Source: a bacterium (lineage in GTDB: Bacteria; UBA8248). Taken from it: a stretch of 64,000 nucleotides of DNA. Shown here one piece after another: positions 1 through 9,264 of this stretch. A model generated the notes under the pieces. That model was not told the DNA's origin. It saw nothing but the letters and a program-made list of their open reading frames with translations, and made no database searches. Position 1 is the stretch's first letter, and every line of letters begins with the position of its first letter. The stretch is taken from NCBI GenBank assembly GCA_963692865.2, contig OY843592.1, forward strand, positions 576,001-640,000. Direction: 5' to 3'. Both the position numbers and the translations under genes were made by a program.

Positions 1-2
1 AG

Positions 3-503
3 ATGGTGCTCCGCCACCCGCTCAAGGTGCGCGCGTGCGGTTTCATCAGCACCCGGGCGACGGCGGATACCGAAGAAGGAAAGAAGGTGCGGCTGCAGCA
101 CATGCAGACCGTCATCGACGAGGGGATGGCGGGCTTTGCCGGGCACTTCATCGAAAGCCTGTTCGCGCCCGCCTACATCGCCTCCCATCCGCTCGAAATC
201 GAGGCCACGCAGAAGGTCGTGCTCTCCCAGATCCCGGATTCCATCGCTTCGCTCATCGACGCGCTCAGGAGGCGCGAGGAGCTGACGCCGCGCCTCGGCG
301 AAATCGCCGTCCCCTGCGTCGTGTTCGGCGGCACGGGCGACGCGCTGGTGCCGCACGCGCAGATGACCGCCCTGCACGAAGGGCTGAGCGATTCCGTCAT
401 CGAGCTGGTCGAAGGCGCCGGCCACACGACTCCGTTCGAGTGCGCGGATCGCGTGAGCTTCCAGCTCGACCAGATGATGCAGCGCGCGGGCATGTGGATG
501 TAG
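3..503 (+). CDS. Alpha/beta hydrolase, C-terminal part (5' end outside the window)
   Basis: Ends ...GGTGDALVP...VEGAGHTTPFE, the acid/His region of the alpha/beta hydrolase fold. Confidence 0.8.
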   Translation: MVLRHPLKVRACGFISTRATADTEEGKKVRLQHMQTVIDEGMAGFAGHFIESLFAPAYIASHPLEIEATQKVVLSQIPDSIASLIDALRRREELTPRLGEIAVPCVVFGGTGDALVPHAQMTALHEGLSDSVIELVEGAGHTTPFECADRVSFQLDQMMQRAGMWM

Positions 504-514
504 GCTTGGCGCAA

Positions 515-705
515 GGGGTTGTTGAAGAAGATCCCGCAAAAATGGATTTCTCAGTCGGCATACGCTGATGAAATGGCTCCCTCCTTGAAGGTGCTCGGCA
601 ACTGATGAAGAAAGCAGAAACACTCCCCCATTGAGGGGGAGTGATTTCTAGTCAACAAGGATATTTTCAAGGAAGCTAATCTGTAGAGGACTTCCTCAAC
701 ACTCC
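515..705. mobile_element. Degenerate MITE-like island A containing a CTCCCCC..GAGGGGGAG palindrome
   Basis: GGGGTTGTTGAAGAAG at 515, inverted CTTCCTCAACACTCC at 691-705, palindrome at 621-647; lies between convergent genes. Confidence 0.6.
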
Positions 706-710
706 GTTTA

Positions 711-1523
711 CTACCCCCAGCTAACCCTCTCCCTCAGCCAGTCGATCTGCGCTGCCGGAGCGGCGAGGACGGGCTCGGTCGCGCGGCGTCCGTCGGCGAG
801 GGCGGCGTAGTCGATTTCCGCTCCTGAAAAGTAGCGTACGCTTCCCCCCGCGCGCTCATAGACGAGTGCGGCGGCGGCGAAGTCATACGCGCGTATCGGC
901 TCCATCAGCGTCCCGAAGGCCGAACCCGCCGCCGTCAGGCAGACGTGGCAGGCGGCGGAGGCCAACGCGAGAAAGCGTCCGGGATAGCGATGCGAGAGCC
1001 CCGCTACTTCGCCGCACGGAACGAAGAGATAATCGTGCCCGGTGGGAGTCTCCTGACCGACTTGCGGCAGCGGCAAGCCGTTCCTCATCGCGGGGCCTGA
1101 AGTTCCGGCTGTGAAGGTCTCACCCAGCGCCGGCATGTGGACGACGCCCGCCTCCACGCGACTGCCCGCTAAACAAGCAATAGAGACCGCCCAGAAGGGG
1201 AGTCCTTTCAGATAGGGGCCGGTGCCGTCGATGGGGTCTATCGCCCACCAGCGCGTATCGGGGCCGATACCGCCCGCGCCGCTCGCGCCGCTTTCTTCCG
1301 CGAGTATGGGGTCGCCTGGATACGTCTTTCGGATCTCCTCGATGATGATGCGTTCGACCTCCCTGTCGGCGCGCGAGACGATGCTGCGCCCTTTGGGTTC
1401 GGCCTCTACGCGGCCTTTCAACTCCATCGCGCGCGCGCCCGCCTTGCGAGCGGTCTCTTCGATGAACGAAACGACGCCTGACACCGGGATTCTCCCATCT
1501 CTCAAAGTTGCGAGTACGCGCAT
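711..1523 (-). CDS. Inositol monophosphatase family protein
   Basis: ADREVE, ILAEES, WAIDPIDGT and YDFAAA motifs; start codon uncertain. Confidence 0.9.
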   Translation of the reverse strand: MRVLATLRDGRIPVSGVVSFIEETARKAGARAMELKGRVEAEPKGRSIVSRADREVERIIIEEIRKTYPGDPILAEESGASGAGGIGPDTRWWAIDPIDGTGPYLKGLPFWAVSIACLAGSRVEAGVVHMPALGETFTAGTSGPAMRNGLPLPQVGQETPTGHDYLFVPCGEVAGLSHRYPGRFLALASAACHVCLTAAGSAFGTLMEPIRAYDFAAAALVYERAGGSVRYFSGAEIDYAALADGRRATEPVLAAPAAQIDWLRERVSWG

Positions 1524-1659
1524 GATGGAGGAGCCTATGCTCCATGACAAGGACGGACGGGCGCGAGGCCTGAATCATCGACAAAAGACGGATGAATTGT
1601 TAAAAGAGGGAAATTTTCGCTCGCTTCCAGAGAAGCCCAAAGATACAGGAGACTTGTCC

Positions 1660-2097
1660 ATGCCATTCGCCCGTACCCATCGACTCACCACCAGGGGGGC
1701 CAAGCAGATGATGGCCGCCGCCATCGCCAAGGCGGAGGAGTTCGGCATCCCCGTCACCGTGGCCATCGCCGACGCGGGCGGACACCTCGTCCTGCTCGAG
1801 CGCATGGACGGCGGGCGCTTCCACACCGTTCACTCGTCCACCACCAAGGCGGTCTGCTCGGCGTCGAACAAGCGGCCCACCACCACGCAGGGCGCACAGG
1901 CGCAGCACCTCGACACCGCCCACGCCCTGGGTCTGGCCCTCGCCGCAGGCCCCGAGCGATGGACGGCGATGGAGGGCGGCTTCCCGATTCTTTACGAAGG
2001 AGAATGCCTGGGCGGCATCGGCGTGAGCGGGGGCGACTGGGAGCAGGACGAGGCCATCGCGCGCGTGGCTGTCGAGGCGGTGGGCGCTTCTTTCTGA
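1660..2097 (+). CDS. GlcG/HbpS family heme-binding protein
   Basis: VAIADAGGHLVLLERMDG...KAVCS...GGFPI...GGIGVSGG; ATG at 1660 follows an AGGAG RBS. Confidence 0.9.
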   Translation: MPFARTHRLTTRGAKQMMAAAIAKAEEFGIPVTVAIADAGGHLVLLERMDGGRFHTVHSSTTKAVCSASNKRPTTTQGAQAQHLDTAHALGLALAAGPERWTAMEGGFPILYEGECLGGIGVSGGDWEQDEAIARVAVEAVGASF

Positions 2098-2204
2098 TTC
2101 GGCGGTGCGGTTCAGGCGGCTCATGGCGCGCAGCGTCTCCGCGAGAACCCGCAAGAACATCTCTCATCCCTCATACCGTCACCAGATGAAGGAGTCATAC
2201 CAAA

Positions 2205-3218
2205 ATGAGTTCAAAACCCCTGAAGGTGGCCGCACTCGGCATGGGCTGGTGGTCGGACGTCCTGGCCGACGCCATCGGCAGAACCGACAAAATCGAGATC
2301 GCCGCCTGCTTCACGCGCTCGGAAGACAAACGCGCGGCCTTCGCCGAGAAATACGGCTGCGAGGCGGCGGGGAGCTACGAGGAAATCTTGGCGGACGATT
2401 CGGTGGAGGCCGTCATCAACACCACGCCCAACCACGTCCACCTGGAAACCACCAAGGCGGCGGCGGAAGCGGGCAAGCACGTTTTTCTCGACAAACCCAT
2501 CGCCCACACGGTCTCGGACGGCAAGGCGCTCACGCGCGCGTGCGCGGAGGCGGGCGTGGTGCTCGCCATCGGCTATCAGCGGCGGCGGGAGAACCACTTC
2601 CGCTGGATCAGGAACAAGATCGACGCGGGCGAATTCGGCAGGCTCGTGCAGGCGGAGTGCAACATCAGCAGGGACCGGGAGGGCCAGTTCGAGCTCGGCC
2701 ACTGGCGCTACCAGGCGGACGCGATGCCGGGCGGCGTCATGCTCCAGATAGGCATCCACTACACCGACGTGCTGACCTACCTCATGGGGCCGGTCGCCGC
2801 CGTATCGGGCCGCACGGCCCAACTCGTACTCCCCGGCGACAACCCCGACGTGGCGAACCTCATCCTCGAGCACGAATCGGGCGCCATCTCGAACCTGACG
2901 GCGAGCTACGCCTCGGCGTCGGAGTATTACCTCATGAACATCTACGGGAAGACGGCCACGGCCTATTACACGCTATTCGACGGCCTGCGCGTCCTCTACC
3001 GGGGAGAGAAAGCCCCGCAGGCGGTGGCCTGTGAGAAGAACGACACCATCAAGGAAGAACTCGAGGAATTCGCGGACGCCGTTCGCGGAGGCGCTGCGCC
3101 CGAGATGGAAGGAGACGCCGCCGCGTCCTCACTCGCCGTCATCCGCGCGGGCGTTCGCTCGGCCAAAGAGGGACGCCGGGTGGAGGTGTCCGAAATCCTC
3201 GAAGACGAGAACGAATAG
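2205..3218 (+). CDS. Gfo/Idh/MocA family oxidoreductase
   Basis: LGMGWW Rossmann start, TPNHVH, GKHVFLDKP, GGVMLQIGIH. Confidence 0.9.
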   Translation: MSSKPLKVAALGMGWWSDVLADAIGRTDKIEIAACFTRSEDKRAAFAEKYGCEAAGSYEEILADDSVEAVINTTPNHVHLETTKAAAEAGKHVFLDKPIAHTVSDGKALTRACAEAGVVLAIGYQRRRENHFRWIRNKIDAGEFGRLVQAECNISRDREGQFELGHWRYQADAMPGGVMLQIGIHYTDVLTYLMGPVAAVSGRTAQLVLPGDNPDVANLILEHESGAISNLTASYASASEYYLMNIYGKTATAYYTLFDGLRVLYRGEKAPQAVACEKNDTIKEELEEFADAVRGGAAPEMEGDAAASSLAVIRAGVRSAKEGRRVEVSEILEDENE

Positions 3219-3235
3219 CCATTCAAGGAGAAACC

Positions 3236-4033
3236 ATGCCACGCATTCAAGCAGGTGAAATACAGCTCAACTACGCCGAACGGGGAGAGGGAGACGCGTT
3301 CCTGTTCATCCCCGGCCTCATGGGCCTTTTAGACGCCTGGGATTTCCAGATGCCTCATTTCTCGGATCGCTACCGCTGCATCACCTTCGACCACCGGGGC
3401 ACGGGCGAAAGCGACAAGCCCAGGGACGCCTATTCCACGGACTTCATCGCGCAGGACGCGGTCGCCCTTCTCGACACGCTGGGAATCGAGAAGGCCCACG
3501 TGGCGGGCACGTCGACGGGGGGCTGCATACTGCAGAATCTCGCACTCGATTATCCGGACCGGATCAATTGCTGCGTTTTCACCAACACTTGGACGACGGC
3601 GGACCCCTACATGACGCGCCTCCAGACTTCGCGCAAGCAGATCGCCGAAGCCTACGGGCTGGAGGAATACATCAAGTTCAGTTCGCTCTGGACGTGCGGT
3701 TGGACGCAATTCCGGAACATGTACGAGAACCTGCTCGACCTCGAAGCGCGCCAGAAGGAGACCATCGCGCCAGTCGATGTCATCACCGCGCGCCTGGACA
3801 TGACGCTCACCCACGACAGGACGTCCGAGATTCACAAGATCGACAAGCCCTCGCTCATCATCGCCGCGAAGGACGACGCCCTGACCCCGCCCTATTTCGC
3901 CCAAGACCTGCAAAAGGCGATAGCGGGTTCGAAGCTCGTGACTCTCGAAGAGGGGGGCCACTACAGCTACCGCCGCTCCCACACGGAATGGAACGCGGCG
4001 GTGGATGCGTTCCTGGCCGAAGCGGGTGGTTAG
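3236..4033 (+). CDS. Alpha/beta hydrolase (RutD/PcaD-like)
   Basis: FDHRGTGES, GTSTGG nucleophile elbow, DALTP, GGH. Confidence 0.85.
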   Translation: MPRIQAGEIQLNYAERGEGDAFLFIPGLMGLLDAWDFQMPHFSDRYRCITFDHRGTGESDKPRDAYSTDFIAQDAVALLDTLGIEKAHVAGTSTGGCILQNLALDYPDRINCCVFTNTWTTADPYMTRLQTSRKQIAEAYGLEEYIKFSSLWTCGWTQFRNMYENLLDLEARQKETIAPVDVITARLDMTLTHDRTSEIHKIDKPSLIIAAKDDALTPPYFAQDLQKAIAGSKLVTLEEGGHYSYRRSHTEWNAAVDAFLAEAGG

Positions 4034-4342
4034 GGGTTGTTGAAAAAGCCTCTTGAGGGGGAGTGATTTGTAAACGTAGGGGCCGTTCGCGAACGGCCCC
4101 TAGGAAAGACATGATTCCCGTCATTCCGGCGAAAGCCGGAATCCATTTTTACGTTTTTTGCCTTTCGTCAGGGTTCCCGCGTATCGGCGAGGAATGAAAC
4201 ACCGTCTCTCATTCACTCGCATCCGCAAATGGATTCCGGCCTTCGCCGGAATGACGATCAAAAGCGAGGAGCAAAACCACCTTCCCGCATTGGGCGGCGC
4301 TTTTGGGGGTATCACTCTCCTGAAGGACTTTCTCAACCCCCC
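4034..4342. mobile_element. MITE-like island B with GTAG and CGTC REP cargo
   Basis: GGGTTGTTGAAAAAG...CTTTCTCAACCCCCC flanked on both sides by TTAG; inverted pair of CGTCATTCCGGCGAAAGCCGGAATCCA at ~4119 and ~4230. Confidence 0.75.
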
Positions 4343-7300
4343 TTAGGCTTCTTCCTCGTCTTCGATCAAGTTGACGGCCTTGCGCGACCGCACGCGCCCG
4401 GACGGCGCGCCGCTTGCGCCGCTGGGTGAAGCGACCGCCGCCCCGGCGGCGAAGCTGGCCGGCCGGATGAGCGCCAGGAAATCCACCCACAACGAGAACA
4501 CGACCGGTATCAGCAGCAGGGTGAATATCGTGGACATGGCCAGTCCGCCCAGGACGGCCGAGCCCAGCCCCCGGTAGAGTTCGCTGCCAGCACCCGATGA
4601 GATCACGAGAGGCAGCATGCCGAGCACGGTCGTCGTGGTCGTCATGAAGATGGGGCGCATCCTGTCGCGCGCGCTCTCCAGAATCGCCTCGCGCATGGGC
4701 AGGCCCGCGCGGAAGTGGTTCAGCGCCTGGTGGACGAGCAGAATCGCGTTGTTCACCACGATGCCCGTCAGGATGATGAAGCCCAGCATGGTGAGCGTGT
4801 CCATCTTCACCGAGGGTTCAATCGTGTTCATGAGGCTCACCATCAGCACCCCGCCCGTGGCGGCGAAGGGCACGCTGAACATGATGATGAGCGGATAGCT
4901 CCACGCCTCGAACAGGGCCGCCATCAGCAGATAGGTGATCAGGAGCGCCAGCAGCAGCGACCACTTGAGCGACGACCAGGTCCGTTCCAGATCCTTCGCC
5001 CGTCCGCTCACGCCCAGCGAATAGCCGAGCGGAAGCGTCTGGCGCATCGGTTCGATGACCTCTTTCTTTATCCTGTCGATCGCCACCTGCAGCGGCAGTT
5101 CGCTCCCGATGTTCACCGTGAGCGTCACGGAGCGGTCGCGGTCGATATGCTCGACCTTCGTCGGCCCGAGCGCCGCCCGCACCCGGGCGATGTCGCCGAG
5201 CGAGACGACCTGTCCCTCGGGCGTATGGACTTTAAGTTCCTCGATCCGCTGCGTCATGGTGAAATCGGAAAGCGGCCCGCGCAGGATAATGTCGAGTTCC
5301 TCTCCGCGGTCGCGGAAAATTCCCGCCTTGGTTCCGTTCACGAGGGTCTCCACGACGCTCCCGAGTTCTGCGACCGACAGGCCGAAATCAGACGCTCTCT
5401 GCCGATCCACGTGCACCTGAAGCTCGGGGTTTCCCAGGTCGAAGCTCGAATTCACGAAGCGCACGCCCCCGAGCCCGCGCGCGCGGGCCCCCACGTCGGC
5501 GGCGATGCGCTGAATCTCGCTCAAGCTGTCTCCCGTGATGTCGACCTTGAGATTGATTCCGCCGATGAAGCCCGCGCCGCGCCGCCGGAACAAGGGCGCC
5601 TGGGTGACGAACGTGCGCACCCCGGGCGTCCCCTGGAGGTCTCTGAACAACTTCCGCACGAGACCGCGCATCGAGTCGAGATCGGCGTATTCCTTCTTGG
5701 CGATGATGCCGATGATGGGGTTTTGCGTTCGCACCACGGCGAAAAACCGGTCGATTTCCTTGACGTGATCGAGCTTCGCCTCCAGGGTTCGCGCGACCTT
5801 GTCCACCTCATCCAAGTTCAGGCCCGCGGGCGTGCGTACGATCACGAACAGGAGGTTGCGGTTGCCTTTCGGCAGATAGTCGATGGGGGGAAAGGACAAG
5901 ACCGCCACGGCGATGGCGCCCGCCGTGATGAGCGCGGCCACGAATACGCGCCTCACCACCCCGCGAAGGAGCCAGCCCAGGGTGGCTACGTAGACCCGCC
6001 GGCAAAGCCTGCCCAGCGCGTACACCCCCAGGATGCGAAAAAAGTGGGTCAGCGGTGAGATCTTCCCCGCGCCGCTCAGGATGCGCGAACTCAGCATGGG
6101 CACCACGGAGATGGATACGATCAGGGATAGCGCCACGGCCACGCTGATGGCGATGGCGATGTCTCGGAAGAGCTGACCAGATTCGTCCTGAACGAACACC
6201 ACCGGCACGAAGACGGCCAGCGTGGTCAGCGTCGAGGCCAGCACCGCCCCCCACACTTCGTGCGCGCCGTCCACGGCGGCGTCCCATTTGCTCTTGCCCA
6301 TCTCGCGGTGGCGGAAGATGTTCTCCAGCACCACGACGGAGTTGTCCACGACCATGCCGACGGCGAACGCCATGCCCGCAAGCGAGATGATGTTGATGGA
6401 ACGGCCCAGAACGAAGATGAAGATGAACGTGGAGACCACGGTAACCGGTATGGCGACCCCGATGATCATCACGCTCGAAAGACTGCCCAGGAACAGGAGC
6501 AGCACGCCTATCGCCAGCGCGCCTCCTATGAATATGTTGTTGATCACCAGGGAGCGGGACTGGTCGATGTAGACGGTCTCGTCATAGACCTGTCTGAGCC
6601 TGATGCCGCGGCCCGCGTAGATGTCGTTGATTTCGGCAATAGCCTTTTTGACCCCCGCCATCACCTCGATGGTGTTGGCGCCGGTTTTTCTCAAGGCTCC
6701 GAAAGCCATGGTAGGCACTTGCCGAAGGCGGATCCGCCGCTGGAGATCGCCGTAATCGAAAGAAACCTTCGCGACGTCGCGAAGGTAGACGGCCCCGTTC
6801 GCGTTTTGCGCGATGATCGTATTGCGCAACTGATCGAGACGAGTGAAGTTGCCCACCGTGCGAACCGAGTAGCGGCGCTTGCCCTCGTCAATCTTCCCCG
6901 CCTTCGTGTTCTTGTTCTCGCGCTGCAAGGCCGTCCTCAGGGCGGATACCGTGATGCCGCGAGCGCTCATGGCCGCGTAATCGAGCGTGACGCGCACCTC
7001 CCTCTCCTGCCCGCCGAACATCCACACCTGACCCACGCCTTCGACGCGTTCGAGCTTGGGGCGGATGACGTTTTCCGCCTCCATGCGAACCTCGTTGATG
7101 GGCAGTTTCGTCTCGACGACCATCCAGGCGATGGGGTTTTCCGCATCGGAGTTGAGCGCGTTGACGGTGGAGCGGTCCGAATCATCGGGCAGGTTGCGCA
7201 CGAGCCCCAGCTTTTCCGAAACGTCGAGCCGGGCCACGTCCTTGTTCACGTCCCAGTCGAATTCGAGAAAGACGCGCGATTTGCCTTCCTCGCTGCGCGA

Positions 7301-7543
7301 GGTCATCCGGTTCAAGCCCTCCACCGAGGTGAGCTTCTCCTCGATGGGCTTCGACACCTCTTCTTCCACTTCCAGAGGCGCAGCGCCCCTGTATTCGGTT
7401 TCCACCGTGATGACGGGTCTGTCGACCGTGGGCGTCATCTGCACCGGTATCCGGTAGAGGCTGATGGCGCCGAAGAGCACCGCCAGGATGACCCCGACGG
7501 TGGTCGTCACGGGGTATTTGACGCTCGCGCGGGGCAGATTCAT
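4343..7543 (-). CDS. RND efflux permease (AcrB/AcrD/AcrF family)
   Basis: 1066 aa; GMVVDNSVVVLENIFRH, GIVVNNAILLV and RMRPIFMTT motifs. Confidence 0.95.
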   Translation of the reverse strand: MNLPRASVKYPVTTTVGVILAVLFGAISLYRIPVQMTPTVDRPVITVETEYRGAAPLEVEEEVSKPIEEKLTSVEGLNRMTSRSEEGKSRVFLEFDWDVNKDVARLDVSEKLGLVRNLPDDSDRSTVNALNSDAENPIAWMVVETKLPINEVRMEAENVIRPKLERVEGVGQVWMFGGQEREVRVTLDYAAMSARGITVSALRTALQRENKNTKAGKIDEGKRRYSVRTVGNFTRLDQLRNTIIAQNANGAVYLRDVAKVSFDYGDLQRRIRLRQVPTMAFGALRKTGANTIEVMAGVKKAIAEINDIYAGRGIRLRQVYDETVYIDQSRSLVINNIFIGGALAIGVLLLFLGSLSSVMIIGVAIPVTVVSTFIFIFVLGRSINIISLAGMAFAVGMVVDNSVVVLENIFRHREMGKSKWDAAVDGAHEVWGAVLASTLTTLAVFVPVVFVQDESGQLFRDIAIAISVAVALSLIVSISVVPMLSSRILSGAGKISPLTHFFRILGVYALGRLCRRVYVATLGWLLRGVVRRVFVAALITAGAIAVAVLSFPPIDYLPKGNRNLLFVIVRTPAGLNLDEVDKVARTLEAKLDHVKEIDRFFAVVRTQNPIIGIIAKKEYADLDSMRGLVRKLFRDLQGTPGVRTFVTQAPLFRRRGAGFIGGINLKVDITGDSLSEIQRIAADVGARARGLGGVRFVNSSFDLGNPELQVHVDRQRASDFGLSVAELGSVVETLVNGTKAGIFRDRGEELDIILRGPLSDFTMTQRIEELKVHTPEGQVVSLGDIARVRAALGPTKVEHIDRDRSVTLTVNIGSELPLQVAIDRIKKEVIEPMRQTLPLGYSLGVSGRAKDLERTWSSLKWSLLLALLITYLLMAALFEAWSYPLIIMFSVPFAATGGVLMVSLMNTIEPSVKMDTLTMLGFIILTGIVVNNAILLVHQALNHFRAGLPMREAILESARDRMRPIFMTTTTTVLGMLPLVISSGAGSELYRGLGSAVLGGLAMSTIFTLLLIPVVFSLWVDFLALIRPASFAAGAAVASPSGASGAPSGRVRSRKAVNLIEDEEEA

Positions 7544-7657
7544 CCCCTCTCCCTCATTGGCGGCTCTGCTGCGAATCGCTCATGCGTGCGGCGGCGTGCA
7601 GAATCTTGCGCCGCGATCATGCCTTCAACAAACGTACCGGCTTTAGCCTCTCGCGCA

Positions 7658-9019
7658 TCATCCACCGGCGCCGCGCCGGGAATCAGCCGCGGGCTTTCCA
7701 CCTCTTCTGGGACTGCCTCCGCGAGGAGCGCCGCGTCTGGGGGGGCCGCCGCGCCCCCCGCCGGGCCTGCCGCCCCGGCCCTGTACGCGAACGGGCATGC
7801 CGGATCTCAAATTCTCGTTTCCCTTCACCACCACCTGCACCCCGACCCTGAGCGCGCCGCCCGGAACTTCCATGAAAGAATCCACGCTTCTGCCCTGCGC
7901 AAAGGAAACCTCGCGGACGCGCCCTTTCTCGAAGACGAAGACCGAAGGCCCGCGCGCTCTCAAGATCAGGGCGTCCTTGGGCACCAGAACCATTCTGGCC
8001 GCCTTTCCGTATTCGAGGCTCAGGCGGGCGAACATGCCGGCCTTCAGGTCGTAGGACTCGGTGTTCGTTATCTCCACTTCCACCGGAAAGGTCCGACTCT
8101 TGGGGTCCGCCTTGGGGATGACGCCGCGCACCCGGCCCCTGAACGTCCGGCCCCCCAGAGCGTCGATGACGACGCGCGCCTCATCGCCCACGCGAACCAG
8201 CGATATGCGCCGCTCCGCAATAGGGGCCTGCACCAGCACCTTGTCGAGTTCGATGACTTCGGCTACGCGGCCCCCCTTGGTGAGCCACTGACCGACCTCC
8301 ACCCATTCCCGGGTGATGAAACCCGTGAGCGGGGAGCGAATCTTCGTCTTGGCCAGATCGTCGCGCACCCGGGCGACGCGCGCCCGCACCCTGTCCACTT
8401 CCGCCTTGGCGCGGGCCTTCTCCTCCCTCCGGGGGCCGAGCCTGGCTATCTCCAGATTGCGGGAGGCCTCCTCGAACAACTGCCAACTGGCTTCATAGGC
8501 GGCCTCGGCGCGGTCCAGGCTGGCCTTGTCCAGAATTTTCTTCTCATACAGATCCCGCGCGCGGTTGAGTTCCAGTTCGTTGTTCCTCATCTGCGCCTCG
8601 CGCTCGCGCACCTTGGCCTGAAGCGCCGCGATCTCCTCGGGGCGCTTTCCGCGCTCCAGGCGCAGAAGGTCCTGGCGCGCCTTTTCCAGTTCCGCCCGCA
8701 GGATGCGCAGATCAATCTGAAGCCCCGAACGCCCCACCGTGGCGAGCACCGTCTTGTTCGCGCGGACGAAATCGCCCACCTTGATCGGGGCCGACCGCAC
8801 CCGGCCTTCGAGTTCGCTGCTTACGACCGAACGGCGATAGGGCGCCACGCTGCCCACGGCGGTGAGGCGGTTCCTCACCTGGCGCTCCACCACCTTCGCC
8901 ACGGACACCAGCGGCGGGGGCCGCTTGCGCGGACGCCCGGCTTCGGAGGCGGGGATGTTCCAACCGAAAGGCGCAAGAATGATGAGAACGGAAATGGCTC
9001 GGGCGATGAAAGAGTTCAC
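7658..9019 (-). CDS. RND periplasmic adaptor (membrane fusion protein)
   Basis: Signal/anchor, coiled-coil hairpin, IRSPLTG, DPKSRTFPV, LKAGMFA; Gly/Arg-rich tail. Confidence 0.93.
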   Translation of the reverse strand: MNSFIARAISVLIILAPFGWNIPASEAGRPRKRPPPLVSVAKVVERQVRNRLTAVGSVAPYRRSVVSSELEGRVRSAPIKVGDFVRANKTVLATVGRSGLQIDLRILRAELEKARQDLLRLERGKRPEEIAALQAKVREREAQMRNNELELNRARDLYEKKILDKASLDRAEAAYEASWQLFEEASRNLEIARLGPRREEKARAKAEVDRVRARVARVRDDLAKTKIRSPLTGFITREWVEVGQWLTKGGRVAEVIELDKVLVQAPIAERRISLVRVGDEARVVIDALGGRTFRGRVRGVIPKADPKSRTFPVEVEITNTESYDLKAGMFARLSLEYGKAARMVLVPKDALILRARGPSVFVFEKGRVREVSFAQGRSVDSFMEVPGGALRVGVQVVVKGNENLRSGMPVRVQGRGGRPGGGRGGPPRRGAPRGGSPRRGGKPAADSRRGAGG

Positions 9020-9264
9020 GTATCTTCTCTTTTCTCATAAGGGTCGCGCCATGCGCGCTGGCTTTTCAACGGCAATCAAGGCGAACATCATCCCAAAGCC
9101 TTTGAAAAATCGCAACTAACGAGCTAAATCACCGAGTGGAGGCACCGCCTGGGCGCGCCGTCGGAACTTGCGGCTTGTTCTTTCGGAACCCAAGGTTCAT
9201 AATGCCGACTCCAGACATTGAATGAACGGAAGCAACGCCCGCCGCTCGGGAAACGGCCTTTCAC

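Noticed and set aside
560-625. Two CTGATGA motifs followed by GAAA, resembling a hammerhead ribozyme core
   Set aside because: No pairable stem II between CTGATGA and GAAA and no convincing stems I and III
4121-4346. Short ORFs inside repeat islands (WIPAFAGMT, VGAAYHAA, GLLKK peptides)
   Set aside because: Translations of palindromic repeats that recur in every island; not credible genes
7658-7790. RGG-rich tail of the RND adaptor as an RNA-binding region
   Set aside because: Gly/Arg low-complexity tails are common on membrane fusion proteins and this one would be periplasmic
6260-9040. Long antisense or alternate-frame ORFs (926 aa here; also 56858-59146, 39585-41225, 20531-22204)
   Set aside because: Shadows of real genes caused by high-GC codon bias; no motifs of their own
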